Source: Verrucomicrobiia bacterium (lineage in GTDB: Bacteria > Verrucomicrobiota > Verrucomicrobiia > Limisphaerales > CAIMTB01). From it: a stretch of DNA of 64,000 bases. A program made the translations under genes and the position numbers. The DNA is taken from NCBI GenBank assembly GCA_019634625.1, contig JAHCBA010000028.1:3283-67282 (forward strand), given 5' to 3'. Numbering within the stretch: position 1 is the stretch's first letter; every line of letters starts with the position of its first letter. The notes beneath the pieces are model-generated. The model was not told where the DNA came from. It searched no databases and was given only the letters and a program-made list of their open reading frames with translations. Positions 61,201 through 64,000 of the stretch are shown in pieces.

Positions 61201-61601
61201 CCGGCGATCCCTACGTCCAGGACCGCGCCAAAGCCGCCTTCCTCAACCCCAACCGCTACGACAACTGGATCCCCCAGGACGCCCGCTTCAACGACGGCGG
61301 CTTCGTAACCGAACCCGTCGGCCGCTACCTCCCCAATCCCTGGGGCCTCCACGACCTCCACGGCAATGCCGCCGAATGGACCCGCTCCGCCTACCGCCCC
61401 TACCCCTACCGCGACGACGACGGCCGTAACGCCCCCGACGCCCCACCCCATACCGAACGCGTCACCCGCGGCGGCTCCTGGCGCGACCGCCCCTTCCGCG
61501 CCACCGCCGCCGCACGCCTCCCCTACCCCCAGTTCCAACGCGTCTTCAACGTCGGCTTCCGCATCGTCGCCGAAGACACCCCCGAAACCGCCCTCCGATG
61601 A
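58215..61601 (+). CDS. Large secreted multidomain protein: TolB-like beta-propeller region, two CxxCH motifs, and a C-terminal formylglycine-generating-enzyme (SUMF1/FGE-sulfatase) domain
   Basis: Signal/anchor LILLLLLF. Propeller-like segments (PNGRVLYQRWEYTD, MNPDGTDQREF). CIGCHE and VQPVLDRHCVSCHDG. The FGE domain has LVRIPGGRFLMGS, WMARFETSNRQF, VRVSWNDALAFTQWLS, LPTEAQWEWAARAG, HGNAAEWT and RGGSW. The ATGA overlap with the upstream gene is at 58215-58218. Confidence 0.8.
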   Translation: MKTPPPARFPPALAGTLILLLLLFTPSLLPATPQPAPPSPQPTTIQPANLRLAIEDLIRTFGPAYPGGPAHLQRLGQLEIALAGGTPQATLQPALQTLARLALLENPLLDFDRILVLHRIPRANPRQAEGGNLGVGTSNWSTSDTLPRHGEFRDTLALLADFRTRPRLIPLFQPDNGDTLIDPVLHFDANRLLFARNGQRQNNWRLWELRLGDSTPAQISPDHGEDVAHFDACYLPDDRIILASTASYQGLPCLFGSDAMTCLFLFDPSSGSMRQLTFEQDSNWSPTLLPNGRVLYQRWEYTDQSHANSRLLFHMNPDGTDQREFRGRGSWFPGSFFYAKPVPGSVTQVVGIAGGHHDVPRAGRLLLLDVSVGRRDALGVLHEFPRRGQPVDPVVRDALIRETFPFPQFLMPAPLHPRYHLVAAKPRPDALWGLYLVDAFDNLVLIHEEEGAALLWPSPFKPQPRPQVLEDRINPHTDQATAFVADVHAGTGLDGVPRGTVHHLRVVEYYFSRRGVGGLYGSLGADGPWDIKRILGTVPVHPDGSAWFTLPANTPVCLQPLDADGQALQLERSWFVAMPGERVSCIGCHEDSQSVALSRPTLALLHPPAPIQPWFGPPRGFAFEREVQPVLDRHCVSCHDGRPAPNPLAPGQEFPDLRGGRPLSDWSSQMPGHWPGGGQFSTSYWELHRFLRRPGIEGDRRMFTPLDYHFSTTELGQLLRKGHHGVHLEPEARQRLAAWHDLNAPFFGTWGEIPEFTTGYGPLRHDQIAAANRRALELRRQFVPMGPFPDYEHIPDTPPYPAQPVPPNPAPPSPPCDPAPEGWPFPPDTALARQHEHLTRSRTLSLAPDVTLELVRIPGGRFLMGSPDGHPDERPRAAVAVRPFWMARFETSNRQFRTFHPSHESRTEDRHGYQFGITGHDQDHPDQPAVRVSWNDALAFTQWLSHRTGLPLHLPTEAQWEWAARAGSDQPFWFGPLHADFSPHANLGDAMLAQFAGDPYVQDRAKAAFLNPNRYDNWIPQDARFNDGGFVTEPVGRYLPNPWGLHDLHGNAAEWTRSAYRPYPYRDDDGRNAPDAPPHTERVTRGGSWRDRPFRATAAARLPYPQFQRVFNVGFRIVAEDTPETALR

Positions 61602-61631
61602 AGTCCTGTCTCCCAACCCTCGAAGGACGGC

Positions 61632-62048
61632 TCACACCCGTCCCTTCAGAGGCAGAATTCCGAGACGCATCCAGGACTGCCTCGCGTTCATGGCAATTTC
61701 CCGATTCATCTTCAGTCGAACCACAGTCGCCCTCCCCACCATTGTGATCCCTTCGATGCCACCGCTTGCCCCACACAACCGGAAATGGTCCTCCCACCGG
61801 TCCACGCGCGGATGAAACAGTCGCGAAAAGGAACCCGTGTGCTCATCCCACCCCTCCACGGCATCACCCTTCGCGAGATTGCACGCGCGACACGCCAAGG
61901 CGAGGTTGTCGTCCTCGTCCCCACCCCCACGTCGTCTGGGAACGATGTGCTCCACCTCGAAGGCCAGATTGAAGAGCACCTCCGGTGCACCGCAGTACTC
62001 ACAGTGATGCCCAGCCCGGGCCGCCACTCGAGGGTAGCGGGGGTTCAT
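61632..62048 (-). CDS. HNH endonuclease (small stand-alone type)
   Basis: Start at ATG 62048 (MNPRYPRVAARAGHHCEYCG...). CEYC...CRAC zinc pairs, and the HNH core FEVEHIVPRRRGGGDEDDNLALACRACNLAKG. The C-terminal LFHPRVDRWEDHF...GRATVVRLKMNR is typical of this subfamily. Confidence 0.85.
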   Translation of the reverse strand: MNPRYPRVAARAGHHCEYCGAPEVLFNLAFEVEHIVPRRRGGGDEDDNLALACRACNLAKGDAVEGWDEHTGSFSRLFHPRVDRWEDHFRLCGASGGIEGITMVGRATVVRLKMNREIAMNARQSWMRLGILPLKGRV

Positions 62049-62407
62049 GCACCCAGCTCGCCAGACAATCTGTTCGCTCGCTCTCCCGATGCCTTCAGCT
62101 CCTCGTCCACAAGGCCCTCCAATTCGCACTGCTCGACCTCCGAAAGCCCGCCTCCATCAGCCCTCGCCCTCCTCCAGACATCCATCAGGTCCTTCAGGCG
62201 CCGCTGCCTGTCCTCCCCAAAGAAGGCGTCAGGCCGCTGGCTCTGGATAACCACCAGCAGATCGGATTCCTCCGGAGAAAGTTGCAGGGTCAGTGCATCC
62301 AGTGCCGCCCCTGCACTCTCGCCACAGGTCTGGCGATCACCCGCGACCGCCCTGAAGGCCGGTAGCCCATCAGCGCGCTTCTCCGGTATGATTGAGATGG
62401 CCTTCAT
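62045..62407 (-). CDS. Hypothetical 120-aa acidic protein, translationally coupled to the HNH gene
   Basis: Start at ATG 62407, preceded by GGGAGAGGA (SD-like). MKAISIIPEKRADGLPAFRAVAGDRQTCGESAGAALDALTLQLSPEESDLLVVIQSQRPDAFFGEDRQRRLKDLMDVWRRARADGGGLSEVEQCELEGLVDEELKASGERA... Its stop overlaps the HNH ATG (ATGA, 62045-62048). Only this tail of ORF 62045..63925 looks real. Confidence 0.55.
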   Translation of the reverse strand: MKAISIIPEKRADGLPAFRAVAGDRQTCGESAGAALDALTLQLSPEESDLLVVIQSQRPDAFFGEDRQRRLKDLMDVWRRARADGGGLSEVEQCELEGLVDEELKASGERANRLSGELGA

Positions 62408-62482
62408 GACACCTGTCCTCTCCCAAGCCTCGGTCCGTTCATTCTCCCGGGAATCGCAACATTTCGCAACCCCCAAGCCCTC

Positions 62483-64000
62483 ATGAAGACGCTCTGCCTC
62501 CACGTCGCCCTGGTGCTCACCCTCCCCGTCGCCGCCGCCGCAACGCCCCTCCCCGCCGATGCCTGGCAGGACCTTCTCCACCAGGAATGGATCCAGGAGG
62601 CTCGCGCCCTCGCCGAAGCCCCCCTCTCCCATCCCCCCACCCCACCCGACGATGCCGCCGGCGGCTGCGATGGCATCACCACCGGCGGCTACGGCTTCCA
62701 TACCGACCTCGATGACACCCCCTGGTGGCAGGTGGACCTCGGACAGATCGAACCAATCCGCGATGTCCGCCTCTGGAACCGCACCGATTCCGAGGACATG
62801 GCCCGCCGCGCCGCCCGCTTCCAGATCCTCCTCTCCCACGACGGCACAACCTGGACCTCCCACTATCAGCACCCCGATCGCCTCTTCTACGGCTATCGCA
62901 TGCCCGACCGCTCCCCGCTCGTGATCCCCCTCACCAACGCCCTCGCCCGCTTCGTCCGCATCCAGCTCCCCGAACGCACCTTCCTCCACCTCGACGAAAT
63001 CGAGATCCATGGCGCCCGACGCGGTTCCGGCAACCTCGCCCTGCACCGCCCCGCCACCCAGTCCAGCGTCAGCGAATGGTCCACCCACCACCCCAGAACC
63101 GGCATCGAACCGGACTGGTCCCAGCTCACCCGTGATATCCTCGATCGCCTCGCCACCGCCGATCCCTCCCTCGTCCCACCCGCCGAACTCCAATCCCTCC
63201 GCCATCGCCTCGCCCACCCCACCCCGCAGGCCTCCGCCCAATCCCTCTATCTCGACGCCCGCGCCCTCCAGCGCCGCGTCTCCCTCGCCAGCCCGCTCCT
63301 CGATTTCGAGACCATCCTCTTCACCCAGCGCGTCCCCGGCAGCTACAGCCACATGAGCGACCAGTACTACGGCTGGTGGTCCCGCCCCGGCGGCGGCCTC
63401 TTCCTCCTCCGCAACTTCAAGCAAGGCCCCCCAACCCTCCAAGACCTCACCGGGTCCCTCTTCCCCCATCCCGGCAGCTTCCTTCGACCCGACCTCTCCT
63501 TCGACGCCCGGCGCGTCCTCTTCGCCTGGTGCCGCCATTATCCCCACCTCGCCGCCGAAAAGGATAAACTCAACAAGGCCAACATCCCCGAGGACGCCTT
63601 CTATCACCTCTTCGAAATGAACCTCGATGGCTCCGGCCTCCGCCAGCTCACCCGCGGCAAATACGACAACTTCGACGGTCGCTACCTCCCCGATGGCCGC
63701 ATCGTCTTCCTCTCCACCCGCCGCGGTCAGGCCGTCCAGGTCGGCCCCGCTTCCGCCGCCGCCTCCCTCGCCTCCCCCGACCTCCCCGACTGCTACGTCC
63801 GCTGCGGTGGCGATGAATCCCGCCCCGTCGCCGTGTACACCCTCCATACCATCAACCCCGATGGCTCCGGCCTCCTCCCCATCTCCCCCTTCGAAATGTT
63901 CGAATGGGAACCCTCCGTCGCCCACGACGGCTCCATCCTCTACTCCCGCTGGGATTACGTGGACCGCGACAACATGCCCTACATGAGCCTCTGGTCGATC
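62483..64000 (+). CDS. Secreted F5/8 type C (discoidin) domain plus TolB-like propeller protein (5' part; runs off the right edge)
   Basis: Not in the ORF track because there is no stop. I translated it by hand in frame from ATG 62483 to 64000 without a stop. Signal MKTLCLHVALVLTLPVAAAA. Discoidin pattern TPWWQVDLGQIEPIRDVRLWNR...FQILLSHDGTTW...ARFVRIQL...LHLDEIEIHG. The later LPDGRIVFLST / INPDGSGL / HDGSILYSRWDY is paralogous to 58215..61601. Confidence 0.75.
   Translation, partial: MKTLCLHVALVLTLPVAAAATPLPADAWQDLLHQEWIQEARALAEAPLSHPPTPPDDAAGGCDGITTGGYGFHTDLDDTPWWQVDLGQIEPIRDVRLWNRTDSEDMARRAARFQILLSHDGTTWTSHYQHPDRLFYGYRMPDRSPLVIPLTNALARFVRIQLPERTFLHLDEIEIHGARRGSGNLALHRPATQSSVSEWSTHHPRTGIEPDWSQLTRDILDRLATADPSLVPPAELQSLRHRLAHPTPQASAQSLYLDARALQRRVSLASPLLDFETILFTQRVPGSYSHMSDQYYGWWSRPGGGLFLLRNFKQGPPTLQDLTGSLFPHPGSFLRPDLSFDARRVLFAWCRHYPHLAAEKDKLNKANIPEDAFYHLFEMNLDGSGLRQLTRGKYDNFDGRYLPDGRIVFLSTRRGQAVQVGPASAAASLASPDLPDCYVRCGGDESRPVAVYTLHTINPDGSGLLPISPFEMFEWEPSVAHDGSILYSRWDYVDRDNMPYMSLWSI

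Noticed and set aside
62408-63925. Upstream ~500 residues of the 626-aa minus-strand ORF 62045..63925
   Set aside because: This part is antisense to the discoidin/propeller gene, which I could translate cleanly on the + strand. Only the last 120 codons (62045..62407), with their own SD-like sequence and ATG, look real.

Overview
This window is very GC-rich and densely coding, with about 55 credible genes. Its gene content points to a PVC-superphylum, most likely verrucomicrobial, chromosome: a PVC-type heme-binding CxxCH protein, a ThuA-DUF1080 fusion, FGE-sulfatase/heme-motif giants, an RRM protein and TAT-signal Gfo/Idh/MocA enzymes. That assignment is inference. All work was done by eye with no searches or computations, so coordinates of non-ORF features are hand-counted.

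Housekeeping genes include a macA-like adaptor/ATPase/permease operon, pgk-tpiA-secG, bioD, rsmD, two peptide-ABC ATPases, trxA, cca, purL, larB-larC, a xer recombinase, one tRNA-Ala(GGC) and a CheB/CheR-PAS plus hybrid kinase pair. Many long ORFs in the supplied track are antisense artefacts of high GC and are rejected.

The most interesting observations are:
1. A previously unannotated 160-170 bp MITE-like element family. It has four full copies with about 22 bp terminal inverted repeats and about 11 bp flanking direct repeats (one perfect 11/11), plus solo core fragments. One copy supplies the stop codon of an ABC ATPase gene.
2. A low-GC islet abutting tRNA-Ala. It carries a DUF4065/Panacea (PanA-type antitoxin) gene tightly coupled to an uncharacterised small two-TM protein, a candidate new toxin partner.
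3. A lower-GC two-gene cassette (small acidic protein plus HNH nuclease, ATGA-coupled) inserted between two paralogous giant genes.
4. A second repeat family built around perfect 44-46 bp palindromes with compensatory arm changes.
5. A possible membrane-domain/radical-SAM fusion.
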